A program made the translations under genes and the position numbers. Below are positions 27,657-36,484 of a DNA stretch of 64,000 bases, piece after piece. Source of the stretch: Bdellovibrionota bacterium FG-1 (GTDB taxonomy: Bacteria > Bdellovibrionota > UBA1018); NCBI GenBank assembly GCA_051382295.1, contig JBBCAW010000002.1, positions 23,641 through 87,640 of the forward strand, given 5' to 3'. Within the stretch, counting starts at the first letter, position 1, and each line of letters starts with the position of its first letter. The notes beneath the pieces were generated by a model that was not told the DNA's origin, did no database searches, and worked only from the letters and a program-made list of their open reading frames with translations.

Positions 27657-29654
27657 TTACGCAACATCCATGTGTGGACCATGGCCTGGCATTCCAGGGC
27701 GTGGGCCCATAGGAGGTTGTGGCCTAGGAGCCGGTGGGTTGTACACCGGAGGTTGCGGCCTCGGAGCGGGTGGGTTGTACACCGGAGGTTGTGGCCTCGG
27801 AGCGGGTGGGTTGTACACCGGAGGTTGTGGCCTCGGAGCGGGTGGGTTGTACACCGGAGGTTGTGGCCTTGGAGCGGGTGGGTTGTACACCGGAGGTTGC
27901 GGCCTAGGAGCTGGTGGGTTGTACACCGGAGGTTGCGGCCTCGGAGCGGGTGGGTTGTACACCGGAGGTTGTGGCCTCGGAGCGGGTGGGTTCACCACTG
28001 GAGGTTGCGGCCTAGGAGCCGGTGGGTTGTACACCGGAGGTTGTGGCCTTGGAGCCGGTGGGTTGATCACCGGAGGTTGCGGCCTTGGGCCTGGAACACC
28101 AGGTTGGTGAGGAGGCAGTACAACCGGTTGTCCAGGGGTTCCTGCGATAGGCCGATAGACTGGGTTATTGGGGTTAGCAACAACGGGGCGCTGCGTGCGC
28201 GGTGGCAGAGGTTGATACGTGCCACGCTTCGGATCATAGATTTGCGGAGGAAGCGCTATACCCCGACCATCATTTGTGGGAGGGGTGAAGTTTGGTCGTC
28301 CACCCGGAATGGTTCCTCCCGATGTGGGGCGAAAAACGGAGCCTACCGGAAAGGCACGACCCGAGTTTCCGCCGACAGCATAAGGAAGTCTTGAGAAAGA
28401 CTCCGGCGCTGGATAAACCCGGACTGGGAAGCGAAGTTCGTGTCCGCCACCGAAAGAACGAGAGCCCATCGAAGTTGTTGGGTACGCGCCGCAATGGCCA
28501 TCGACCCAACCGCGGGAGCCGTGCATATCGCTGGCACCGCCGGGATACGCGCCGTATTGGTTGCGGCCGTAGCCGTTTCTCCAGGCGTTCGTTGCTCTTT
28601 CGGCTGCTTCACGTTGTTCGTAAATATTTCGTGCGCCGAAGGCGCCATACCGGACTACGGTAAAGCCAGGGTAGAAGCCCGCACCGCCATAGTAGCGGCC
28701 GGCTTGATAGCCCGCCCAATAACCATCGTTGAAGCCAGCGTCGTAGCCATGGGCATAGCCTGCGCGGTAGCCGTCGTAGTAGGGGTACCAGCCAATGTAA
28801 CCACCTTCATCGTGAAACCAAGTGACGCAATGAGGACGATAGCGGAAGTCTTCGAATGCGCGCCAAATCCAGCCGTAAATCGAGTGATGGCGCCAGATGC
28901 CGTAGTGGTCAGTCATCCAACCCCAAGGATCGTTCGATACCCAGGTCCAACCATCGTCGGTCCAGGCCCAATAGCCGTTTTGGTAAGGCACCCAGTCGGG
29001 TTGATACGAGTAGGGTACAAAGTAGCGGATGCCGTTAACAAAAACCCAGCGTCCTTGTCCGGCTAACGCCGCGTTGGGATCCAGATATCCGCCCTGGTTT
29101 TGATATTGGTCGGGTTCGGTGACCACTTCAGTGGGGGGCTGATAATTGCCGCCGCTTTCCACGTAAGAGGCATTTCGAAGGATGATGGTATCTGCTACGG
29201 CGTTTGAATCCGAATGGGACCTGACCGTGAGGGTGGTCGAAGCGCCTAGGGTATAAGGAACATAAAAAGATACACCGTAGTTGTTGACTTCAAAATTCGA
29301 AGTGCTCAAACAACTTTGGTTTTGATTTTGAGAGGCATCACATTCGTCTACCCCGCCCTGTGGGGCAGCGTCATCGGCATACCAGGTAAAATCTTCGACA
29401 AAGCGATTTTGTGGGGTGTAAGTGCCGCTGTAGTTATCCGTAAAAAGGTCAGCTGAAAGCGTGACTACATCTCCCGGACGAACATCTATGACAGATTCGT
29501 GGTTGGAGTCATAGGTGCCGTTGACAGACGTGATTCGCACCATATCCGCAAAAGCAGCGGAAGTACTGAGTGCGGTTGAAAGGAATAAAGCGCTGAGCGG
29601 GAGCCATCCTCGCCAGCGTCGGTTTCGATTCGGTATACAGGGTAACATGTGCAT
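27657..29654 (-). CDS. Exported DUF6600-like protein with Pro-rich repeat tail
   Basis: Signal peptide; DWVPYQNGYWAWTDDGWTWVSNDPWGWMTDHYGIW...GW. Confidence 0.85.
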   Translation of the reverse strand: MHMLPCIPNRNRRWRGWLPLSALFLSTALSTSAAFADMVRITSVNGTYDSNHESVIDVRPGDVVTLSADLFTDNYSGTYTPQNRFVEDFTWYADDAAPQGGVDECDASQNQNQSCLSTSNFEVNNYGVSFYVPYTLGASTTLTVRSHSDSNAVADTIILRNASYVESGGNYQPPTEVVTEPDQYQNQGGYLDPNAALAGQGRWVFVNGIRYFVPYSYQPDWVPYQNGYWAWTDDGWTWVSNDPWGWMTDHYGIWRHHSIYGWIWRAFEDFRYRPHCVTWFHDEGGYIGWYPYYDGYRAGYAHGYDAGFNDGYWAGYQAGRYYGGAGFYPGFTVVRYGAFGARNIYEQREAAERATNAWRNGYGRNQYGAYPGGASDMHGSRGWVDGHCGAYPTTSMGSRSFGGGHELRFPVRVYPAPESFSRLPYAVGGNSGRAFPVGSVFRPTSGGTIPGGRPNFTPPTNDGRGIALPPQIYDPKRGTYQPLPPRTQRPVVANPNNPVYRPIAGTPGQPVVLPPHQPGVPGPRPQPPVINPPAPRPQPPVYNPPAPRPQPPVVNPPAPRPQPPVYNPPAPRPQPPVYNPPAPRPQPPVYNPPAPRPQPPVYNPPAPRPQPPVYNPPAPRPQPPVYNPPAPRPQPPVYNPPAPRPQPPMGPRPGMPGHGPHMDVA
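27711..28088 (-). repeat. 36-bp coding tandem repeat, about 10.5 copies (YNPPAPRPQPPV)
   Basis: Head-to-tail units of GTACACCGGAGGTTGYGGCCTHGGAGCBGGTGGGTT; variation mostly synonymous. Confidence 0.95.
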
Positions 29655-29730
29655 CTCCCGGGTTTATCCCAAGACAAAGGTTAAGCCGTGAGTTGAACGA
29701 ACATCTGTTTCTCACAGCAAGTCGCCGTTG

Positions 29731-29746
29731 TGCATGAAGCGAGCCA
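29731..29746 (-). promoter_or_regulatory. Sigma54-type promoter
   Basis: TGGCTCGCTTCATGCA upstream of the DUF6600 gene, with an AT-rich tract upstream. Confidence 0.6.
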
Positions 29747-29937
29747 CAAGAAAATTAAGAAATGATACATCGAGTCAACTCAGGGATTGATGACATAATC
29801 CTTTGAATTTAAATTAAAAAATGAATTTAGAAGCTGACGCTAAAAAAAGAAGACAAAATAAGTATGAAATAATTATTTGGATACCAAAGGTCCAAAGTGA
29901 CCCCGGCAGGGGGTGCAAAAGGGATCTGTCCCCGTTT

Positions 29938-30822
29938 TTAGGGTATCGGCTGTGCCGCCACTTCTTGCATCATCCCGATCGCAAGAGGGACATCCGATCC
30001 GTCTGGATCATAGGTGGGAGGCCAGGTTTCGCTTGCCTCCGGATGGACTCCGCTAATGAAGACCTCACCTTTACCATAGTGACCGCGCACCGCTGTGATC
30101 CAGCCGTTGGGGTAGGTTCCGACGACTTCGACAGTCTTGTCAGCGAGTACGATGTAAGGGCCATGTTCAAAGTGGATGTAATGGGTGGTGCCGAGCCAGT
30201 TGATGGCCACTTTTTCAGTCGGATGATTCCAGTTGTAAGCACTTCCTTTGATTAAACCTAAGTTATTTACCGCTGAAAAGGCGCCCCCACAAAATCCAAC
30301 GTATCCGCCGCCTCGGTTGACAAAATCGCGGACCTGGTCCGCCATCCCATTCCGGTTCATAAAGGCATCCGCATAAAGGTTCGGGCCGCCCGGTTGAATC
30401 CAGATACTTGCGCTATTGAGTACGGCTAGCTCGACCGGTTGGGTCACCTCGATCACTCTAAAACCTGCGGCCTGTGCGACCAGTTCGGCGCGGATCAACG
30501 TATCGTCCTCCCCCGTAAGTACCCCGGGGCCGCCATAAACCAAGGCAATCGGCGGTAAGGAAGGAGAAGCTGAAGGCGTCGGAATAGGTGTCGGCGACGC
30601 TGTTGCGGCCGGGGTCGGGGTGGCGCTGGGAGTCGAGGTCGGCGTTTGAGTCGGTGTCGGTGTCGGTGTCGGTGTAAACGTCGGAGGCGCCGGTAGGTTG
30701 GTACCATTCGAAGGGCCCGGCTCGATCGGAATATCGCCGAGCGGCCCAGCGGGAAGATTACAACCACCTAAAACCGGAATTAAAACGAGGAGCCGAATCC
30801 AATTTCGTGCGAGTCTTTTCAT
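29938..30822 (-). CDS. Lipoprotein with Pro/Thr linker and BPL_N (class I glutamine-amidotransferase-like) domain
   Basis: LGG-C lipobox, VYGGPG, QPGG, YVGFCGGAF, GVHPE. Confidence 0.8.
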   Translation of the reverse strand: MKRLARNWIRLLVLIPVLGGCNLPAGPLGDIPIEPGPSNGTNLPAPPTFTPTPTPTPTQTPTSTPSATPTPAATASPTPIPTPSASPSLPPIALVYGGPGVLTGEDDTLIRAELVAQAAGFRVIEVTQPVELAVLNSASIWIQPGGPNLYADAFMNRNGMADQVRDFVNRGGGYVGFCGGAFSAVNNLGLIKGSAYNWNHPTEKVAINWLGTTHYIHFEHGPYIVLADKTVEVVGTYPNGWITAVRGHYGKGEVFISGVHPEASETWPPTYDPDGSDVPLAIGMMQEVAAQPIP

Positions 30823-30875
30823 CCGTAGTAGCCTCCCAGCTGAATCGTGCGACTTATTATCTAGTGATGATAGAT

Positions 30876-30891
30876 CGCAAAAAGCGAGCCA
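30876..30891 (-). promoter_or_regulatory. Sigma54-type promoter
   Basis: TGGCTCGCTTTTTGCG; first 10 nt identical to the 29731-29746 site. Confidence 0.62.
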
Positions 30892-31024
30892 CTGATTTCA
30901 TGGCAAAAGGAGGCTGAAATGCACTAATTTAGGTACACTTAAGGGAAGCAAGCGGCCAAAAATACCGATGCACTCGGCAAAAGATGCCGAAGGTGTGAGG
31001 TTTGTGGGTCAGAAAGGCGTGAGT

Positions 31025-32323
31025 TTACTCAAACGAAACTAAATGGTAGTTCTTCTTGCCCTTGCGCAAAACGAGGTGATTACCAGCTAAGAGATCATCG
31101 AGGCCGACCAAGGTGTTGGAGTCCGAGACGCGCTCGTTATTGACGTACACACCTCCCGCCGTCACATCCTTGCGCGCCTGACCTTTTGAGGGGCAAAGCT
31201 GGGTATCCACAAGTAAGTCAATGAGTGGCATCCCTGTATTTAACAGGTCTTTTGATTTTTTGGTCGAAGGCGCTCCCGCAAGGACGTCGAGTAAAGTCGC
31301 TTCGTCCAATTCCCAGATTCCCGTTCCAAAGAGGGCTTGAGTTGCTTTTTCCGCCCGCGCGAGTTCTTCGGCGCCATGAACAAGGCGAGTCACTTCTTGA
31401 GCGAGGGTGGTTTGCGCGAGGCGTTTTGCGGGTTCCGTTTTCAAGGAGTGCTCGATTTCCGCTAAACGCTCTAACGACAAAAAGGTAAAGAACTTGAGAA
31501 ATTCCATCACATCCGCATCACTGGCCTGCACAAAAAACTGGTAAAAGCGATAGGGTGAGGTTTTCTTGGCGTCGAGCCAAACTGTGCCCGATTCCGTTTT
31601 TCCAAATTTGGTGCCATCGGCCTTCGAAACCAGCGGATGAGTCAAGCCGAAGGTTTCGGTGTCTTGCAGGGGTTCTTCACTCGCTGCCCGCATTCGCCGG
31701 ATCAGCTCAATGCCGGCGGTGATGTTGCCCCATTGATCCGAACCGCCAATTTGAAGTTTGCAGCCTTGATTCTTCTGAAGAAAATAAAAATCATAGGCTT
31801 GCAAAAGCATGTAAGAAAACTCGGTGTAAGAAATTCCGTGTTCTCGGTCTTCCAGTCTGGCGCGCACCGATTCCTTGGCCATCATATGATTGACCGTAAA
31901 ATGTTTGCCGATGTCTCTTAAAAATTCGATGAATGAAAAACCCTTGAACCATTCCCCATTATTGACCACCACGGCGGCGTTGGGGCCTTTAAAATCCAAG
32001 AAGCGCTCGATGGTCGAGCGAATGCCGGCAAGATTGTGCGCGATTTGGGCGTCGTTCAACAGATTGCGCTCTTGCGATTTACCACTGGGGTCACCAATCA
32101 TCCCTGTCGCCCCACCCACGACGGCGATCGGGCGATGGCCCGCGAGCTGAAATCTTCGCAACGTCAAGAGCGGCAGCAGGCTTCCGACGTGAAGAGAATC
32201 CGAGGTCGGGTCAAACCCACAATAGAGGGAGAGTGGCTTGCTTTCTAAAATGGAGCCGAGTTCGGGAGAGGTGACTTGTTTGACAATGCCTCGGGCTTCG
32301 AGGTCTTCAAAAAGAGTAGGCAT
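31025..32323 (-). CDS. tyrS: Tyrosine--tRNA ligase
   Basis: YCGFDPT, HVGS, QIGGSDQWGNI, KFGKT, S4 domain. Confidence 0.99.
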   Translation of the reverse strand: MPTLFEDLEARGIVKQVTSPELGSILESKPLSLYCGFDPTSDSLHVGSLLPLLTLRRFQLAGHRPIAVVGGATGMIGDPSGKSQERNLLNDAQIAHNLAGIRSTIERFLDFKGPNAAVVVNNGEWFKGFSFIEFLRDIGKHFTVNHMMAKESVRARLEDREHGISYTEFSYMLLQAYDFYFLQKNQGCKLQIGGSDQWGNITAGIELIRRMRAASEEPLQDTETFGLTHPLVSKADGTKFGKTESGTVWLDAKKTSPYRFYQFFVQASDADVMEFLKFFTFLSLERLAEIEHSLKTEPAKRLAQTTLAQEVTRLVHGAEELARAEKATQALFGTGIWELDEATLLDVLAGAPSTKKSKDLLNTGMPLIDLLVDTQLCPSKGQARKDVTAGGVYVNNERVSDSNTLVGLDDLLAGNHLVLRKGKKNYHLVSFE

Positions 32324-32324
32324 G

Positions 32325-33644
32325 CTATTTTCCCCTTTTGCGCATAATCAGGTGATAGGCTTCGCCATAATCTCCCTGGATAGATCCTTCGTTAACATGA
32401 ATGTAATGAACAAAACAGGCCGAGATCACGAGCTGTCCCGTCCAAAGAGCACCTAAGAGCCATTTTGCCGCTTGAGTGTATCCGGCTAGACTCTGTTGAC
32501 TATTCAATGCGAGTCGGGCCAGCCATACAAATTCGAGCGGAAAAGCGACCAAAATATAATAGCGCCGAATATTTACCGTCGAAAGAGTCAGTAACAAACC
32601 GAAGCCCCAAATCGCGGAAATCAGGGCTAAATCTAGATTGCTTTTTGGCATGAGTTCCGCGCGAGAACGGTTCTTGATGCGGCGAAAAAGAGCGGGCAGT
32701 AAAAGCGCGGCTCCCGTCCCGAGGACCACAAGGTGAGCTACCGCATTGAGATACGTCGGTACGCCACCGATCAAAGGGTATCGCACAAAATCCGAGATTT
32801 GCGCCCAGGTTGTTTGTCCCCGAAGCAGGCCGAGTGGATTGCCCAAGTGAAGCCCCAAAGGATTGGTGACCCAAAAAACCCAGAACTTGGCCTGAATCGC
32901 TTCGACCCAACCCCGGCCTACCGACTCCGGCGTGGGATGTTGAATGATCTGGGCCAGCCAAGGAATCAACGGCAACGCTCCCAGAATAGAACCTGCGAGC
33001 CATCCCGTCCACCGCACACGGGTCCGAGGTAACTCAGCGAGCGAAAAAATCAAAGTGCAAAGCACAAATCCCGCGGCATAAAAAAATCCGCTCATATGAA
33101 TTTGCCCCAGCCAGGCCCCTACAAAACCCCAAATAAAAGCGCCCATCCAACGGTCTCGAAGCCACCAGCCGGCTAACATTAACATCGAAAATACCGGCAA
33201 AAAAGGCTCAGGCCAGAGTTTCCGCTGATAAAAAACGGCAAAAGGATTGACGAGCGCTAGCGCCATGGCCCATAGCCAAGGAGTACGGTCTTCGCGGGGC
33301 TTGAGAATTTTGAGAGCAAAGGGGAGTAAAAGGCAAATTCCGAGCAAAGCAAAAAGCTGTAAAGCGTGCGCGAGTTGCGTCGGCTGAGTGGCGCCGCTGA
33401 GACGCGCAAGCGCTTTAAAAACCCAGACACTCATTCCAGGGTTCGGAACGTAAACACCTGAAGGCATGCCCACCCAAGACCAGTCAGCGAGTTGGCTTTG
33501 CGTAAAGTCAAATTCCTCGTCTTCCTTATATTCCATGTCATCGGCATTGAGAACTCGGAGCAAGCACCCGGCAATCATCGAAAATATCAAAAACCATTTC
33601 CAATTTTTGGACAGATACGAGGTCGCGGGTTCTGGGAGTTTCAT
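32325..33644 (-). CDS. Polytopic membrane protein, probable GT-C (ArnT/PMT-like) glycosyltransferase
   Basis: LR after TM1 then acidic loop EYKEDEE; many TM segments; glycosyltransferase context. Confidence 0.65.
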   Translation of the reverse strand: MKLPEPATSYLSKNWKWFLIFSMIAGCLLRVLNADDMEYKEDEEFDFTQSQLADWSWVGMPSGVYVPNPGMSVWVFKALARLSGATQPTQLAHALQLFALLGICLLLPFALKILKPREDRTPWLWAMALALVNPFAVFYQRKLWPEPFLPVFSMLMLAGWWLRDRWMGAFIWGFVGAWLGQIHMSGFFYAAGFVLCTLIFSLAELPRTRVRWTGWLAGSILGALPLIPWLAQIIQHPTPESVGRGWVEAIQAKFWVFWVTNPLGLHLGNPLGLLRGQTTWAQISDFVRYPLIGGVPTYLNAVAHLVVLGTGAALLLPALFRRIKNRSRAELMPKSNLDLALISAIWGFGLLLTLSTVNIRRYYILVAFPLEFVWLARLALNSQQSLAGYTQAAKWLLGALWTGQLVISACFVHYIHVNEGSIQGDYGEAYHLIMRKRGK

Positions 33645-36484
33645 CGCACCTCCAACATTCGAAGCGCGCGAAATTCGGTGACTCGGCCACTGGTATAGGA
33701 ATCCGGAATTTGAAATTCAGGCAGATCATCGGTGAGTGCGGGATGGACAATGACTTCGGCGGCGGGGTTTCTTCCCATCCGTGCGCGAAGAAATCCCGGG
33801 TCATGAAAATCCCGCATCTGAGGATAAAAACAGGGGAGGGGCAGCCAGTGATGGCGTTTGATCACGGGCTTTGCCCAATACGAAAGCAGGATCAGCGCAG
33901 GTTTGGAAAACCAGAGACCGCGATCCAGCGGTAGGCGAACCTGTTGGACCCCGGCTTGTTGGATCTGGGAAGCCAGCGCCGCCAAAAGGCCGGGAATCAG
34001 ATGAATATGGTGATGTCCATCGAGGTAGCGAGGGCAAACTCCGGCTTCGTTTAAAATTTGGAGTTGGTCGGCTAATTCCGCTTTCGCAGTTTTCAGGAAC
34101 TCCTGGCGCCGAAGGCCAGGAAGGAGGGCTTGAATTAAAACTTTTCCAGGGGACCTTTTTGCATAGGTCAGATCAAAGTGAAGTCCGAGCTCAACCCCTG
34201 GGATGGTTTGAAGCTCCGCCAAGCCCTCTTTCAAAAACCGTGAATGGGCCATGAGTGAAACTCGTCGGACGATTCCCAGGTGGGCCAGTTGTAAAATTCC
34301 TTGGTTCACGCCTGGTGTTAAGCCCCAATCATCGGCGGTGATGGCCTGCGAAAAAGGTTGGGGATGGTAATAGCCCTTACGGAAACGCAGGGCCAAAAGA
34401 GGAAGCCCGCGGAAGATATCCCAAATTTCGCCGCCAATTCGGCCAGGCGTTTTTTCTTGCGCCAAAAAAAGCTGCAATGGCAGATCCTCTTGTTTGAAAC
34501 CAAAAGCACCTGCAATCAACCAGGCTTCTAATTCAAATAAAAATCCTGAAAATCGTTGCAATGCAAAGACCTGGGTTGCGGCGCCCCGATCCATCATCCA
34601 AATTCCGGAATGGGTATCGGTGGTTTGAATCGGCAAAGTGAGACGAACCAAACGGTTAAAAGCTAATCCCATTCGATGTCGGCCATAGACCAGTGAAAGG
34701 TGTCGTACGGGAATTCTAAAACGAGTATCCCCCAAGCGCCGGTTGGCTCGCACGATGCGGACTTTCTCTTTGCAAATGGTGTTTAAGGCTCGCTCATAAA
34801 AATCCAAGCCGCAGGGCTGTTCAATGTTCAGTGATGCAATGAATTCACCGTGGCTTGCCAAAAACCCATCTCGCAGAGCGGCCCCTCGCGCGGATACTTG
34901 AGGGGCCAAAAGGACTTGAAGGGTCTTGCCGGGGGCGCTCAGGCGGTTTTGAAGGAGAGTGAGTTTTTCCCACAATGGGTCTGATTCTGAAGATCCCCTC
35001 GTGCCAAAGGGAATAACCAAAATTTCGAAAGGGATGTTTTTTGAGCAAAAATACGCGTGGGTTTCTTCGAGTAGGCGCGTGACCCAAGAGCTTTCTAGGT
35101 TCGATTCGAGTTGCCGAGGAAGGGGCAAAAGCACGGACAGGGTGCCCGACTGTGCAGGGCGGGGCATCGCAGGCCAAGGGCTGAGTGAATGCACTGGGAT
35201 CTGAGGTATTTTACGAAATTTGGGCGAAAGCCTTGCTCTGGAATGCATCCAGGCCTGTCTGAAAACGGCGGCCCCTAAAAAACACGTGGCAACCAGTGGG
35301 ATGGAAGCCCTCTGAAGTGCAAAAAAGATCGTGGGCCCGACGACATCGAGGCCGGGAAGGGAAAGGGTGAGAAAGCCAAACAGCAGGGCGATGTTTTCAA
35401 AATGTCCGCGCTTAGGGCAGGCAAAAAGCAGGGCGACGGGAATGGCCATCGTGGTCAGTGAATATTTAAAGGTCTCCGGCATGAACCATAAATAGGGAAA
35501 TACGCCCAGCGCGAAAAACAGGCCTTTTCCTAGGGGGTTTCGGGCACGTCTGAAAAACCAGAAGCTCAGAATGGCCAAACAGCCGAGGGCTACGCTACTG
35601 ACATAGATCGGACTGACCGCATCTGAGTTGAGCCAACCCCATTTCACGGCACGGAGAAGGGCGCTTTTAATCGACTGACTGCCATAATGAGAGGCATCGT
35701 AGTAGACGGAGTCATTCAAGACGATTTCGAACCAACCGCGCCAAAGCATGATTAAGCGTTCAGTCGATCCGAGCCAAACTCCCAAAACTCCCGTTGCGAC
35801 CACAAGCCAGGCCAGGGGCGCCAAAATAGCGCGCGCTCGTTGGACCGGGCGCGGATGATTGACAAATAACGTGTATAAAAATCCAGGACCGATTTTGAAT
35901 ACCGCAGGAATCAACAGTGCCGAGCCCGCCCAAGCAGCGCGTCCACGCATCCATCCGTAAAGTGCCCAACAGTAGCTCATGAACAAAAGACTGGAGCTTT
36001 GCCCAATGGTGAGGCAATCCAGGCAAAATCGCAGAATAAAGAAAAAAGCGGCCACCGAGATCCAAAAGGTTTGGGTGGGGGTTTCACCCTTGCCGTGTCC
36101 TTTGCGAGTCAGACGCAGGGCCTGATGGATGCCCATAAAACCAAGGGCAAACCACAGAAGTTGTAAAAAATACCAGATCATCCGTGCATCAGGAAGTGAG
36201 AGTGCGGCAAAGGGCCTAAAGAGGATTAAAAGGGGCGGGGCATACCGAAAGGGCGAAGCGCCATCTCCGAGATTATAGATGAGTTCCCACAAGCCTTGTT
36301 TGGCTCGGGAAGCCGCGCGGTAATAGACTTCAAAGTCCGTGTAATCCGACTTGAGTTGAACTTTATAGGCATAAAGCGGAACGATGATCAGTAGGGCGAT
36401 GAGGGCAAGCCACCCTAACCCTCGGTTGAGGCGACGAATACTTTTTGCGGAGAGATTGCGGGGGACGGCCACGGTGCGATTCAT
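33641..36484 (-). CDS. Fusion: GT87/DUF2029 membrane glycosyltransferase + degenerate GT2 + YdjC/ChbG deacetylase
   Basis: DFEVYY, FRYAPP, GQ, K (GT87); RGAALRDGF, TDTHSG (GT2); ITADDWG, GLHFDL, YLDGHHHIH, VHP (YdjC). Confidence 0.82.
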   Translation of the reverse strand: MNRTVAVPRNLSAKSIRRLNRGLGWLALIALLIIVPLYAYKVQLKSDYTDFEVYYRAASRAKQGLWELIYNLGDGASPFRYAPPLLILFRPFAALSLPDARMIWYFLQLLWFALGFMGIHQALRLTRKGHGKGETPTQTFWISVAAFFFILRFCLDCLTIGQSSSLLFMSYCWALYGWMRGRAAWAGSALLIPAVFKIGPGFLYTLFVNHPRPVQRARAILAPLAWLVVATGVLGVWLGSTERLIMLWRGWFEIVLNDSVYYDASHYGSQSIKSALLRAVKWGWLNSDAVSPIYVSSVALGCLAILSFWFFRRARNPLGKGLFFALGVFPYLWFMPETFKYSLTTMAIPVALLFACPKRGHFENIALLFGFLTLSLPGLDVVGPTIFFALQRASIPLVATCFLGAAVFRQAWMHSRARLSPKFRKIPQIPVHSLSPWPAMPRPAQSGTLSVLLPLPRQLESNLESSWVTRLLEETHAYFCSKNIPFEILVIPFGTRGSSESDPLWEKLTLLQNRLSAPGKTLQVLLAPQVSARGAALRDGFLASHGEFIASLNIEQPCGLDFYERALNTICKEKVRIVRANRRLGDTRFRIPVRHLSLVYGRHRMGLAFNRLVRLTLPIQTTDTHSGIWMMDRGAATQVFALQRFSGFLFELEAWLIAGAFGFKQEDLPLQLFLAQEKTPGRIGGEIWDIFRGLPLLALRFRKGYYHPQPFSQAITADDWGLTPGVNQGILQLAHLGIVRRVSLMAHSRFLKEGLAELQTIPGVELGLHFDLTYAKRSPGKVLIQALLPGLRRQEFLKTAKAELADQLQILNEAGVCPRYLDGHHHIHLIPGLLAALASQIQQAGVQQVRLPLDRGLWFSKPALILLSYWAKPVIKRHHWLPLPCFYPQMRDFHDPGFLRARMGRNPAAEVIVHPALTDDLPEFQIPDSYTSGRVTEFRALRMLEVR

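Noticed and set aside
27711..28088. 36-bp repeat as a CRISPR array
   Set aside because: Units are head-to-tail with no spacers, in frame within a CDS with synonymous variation; no cas genes
27592..28394. Plus-strand repetitive ORFs (GGCGLGAGGLYT; WVVHRRL)
   Set aside because: Antisense shadows of the Pro-rich repeat
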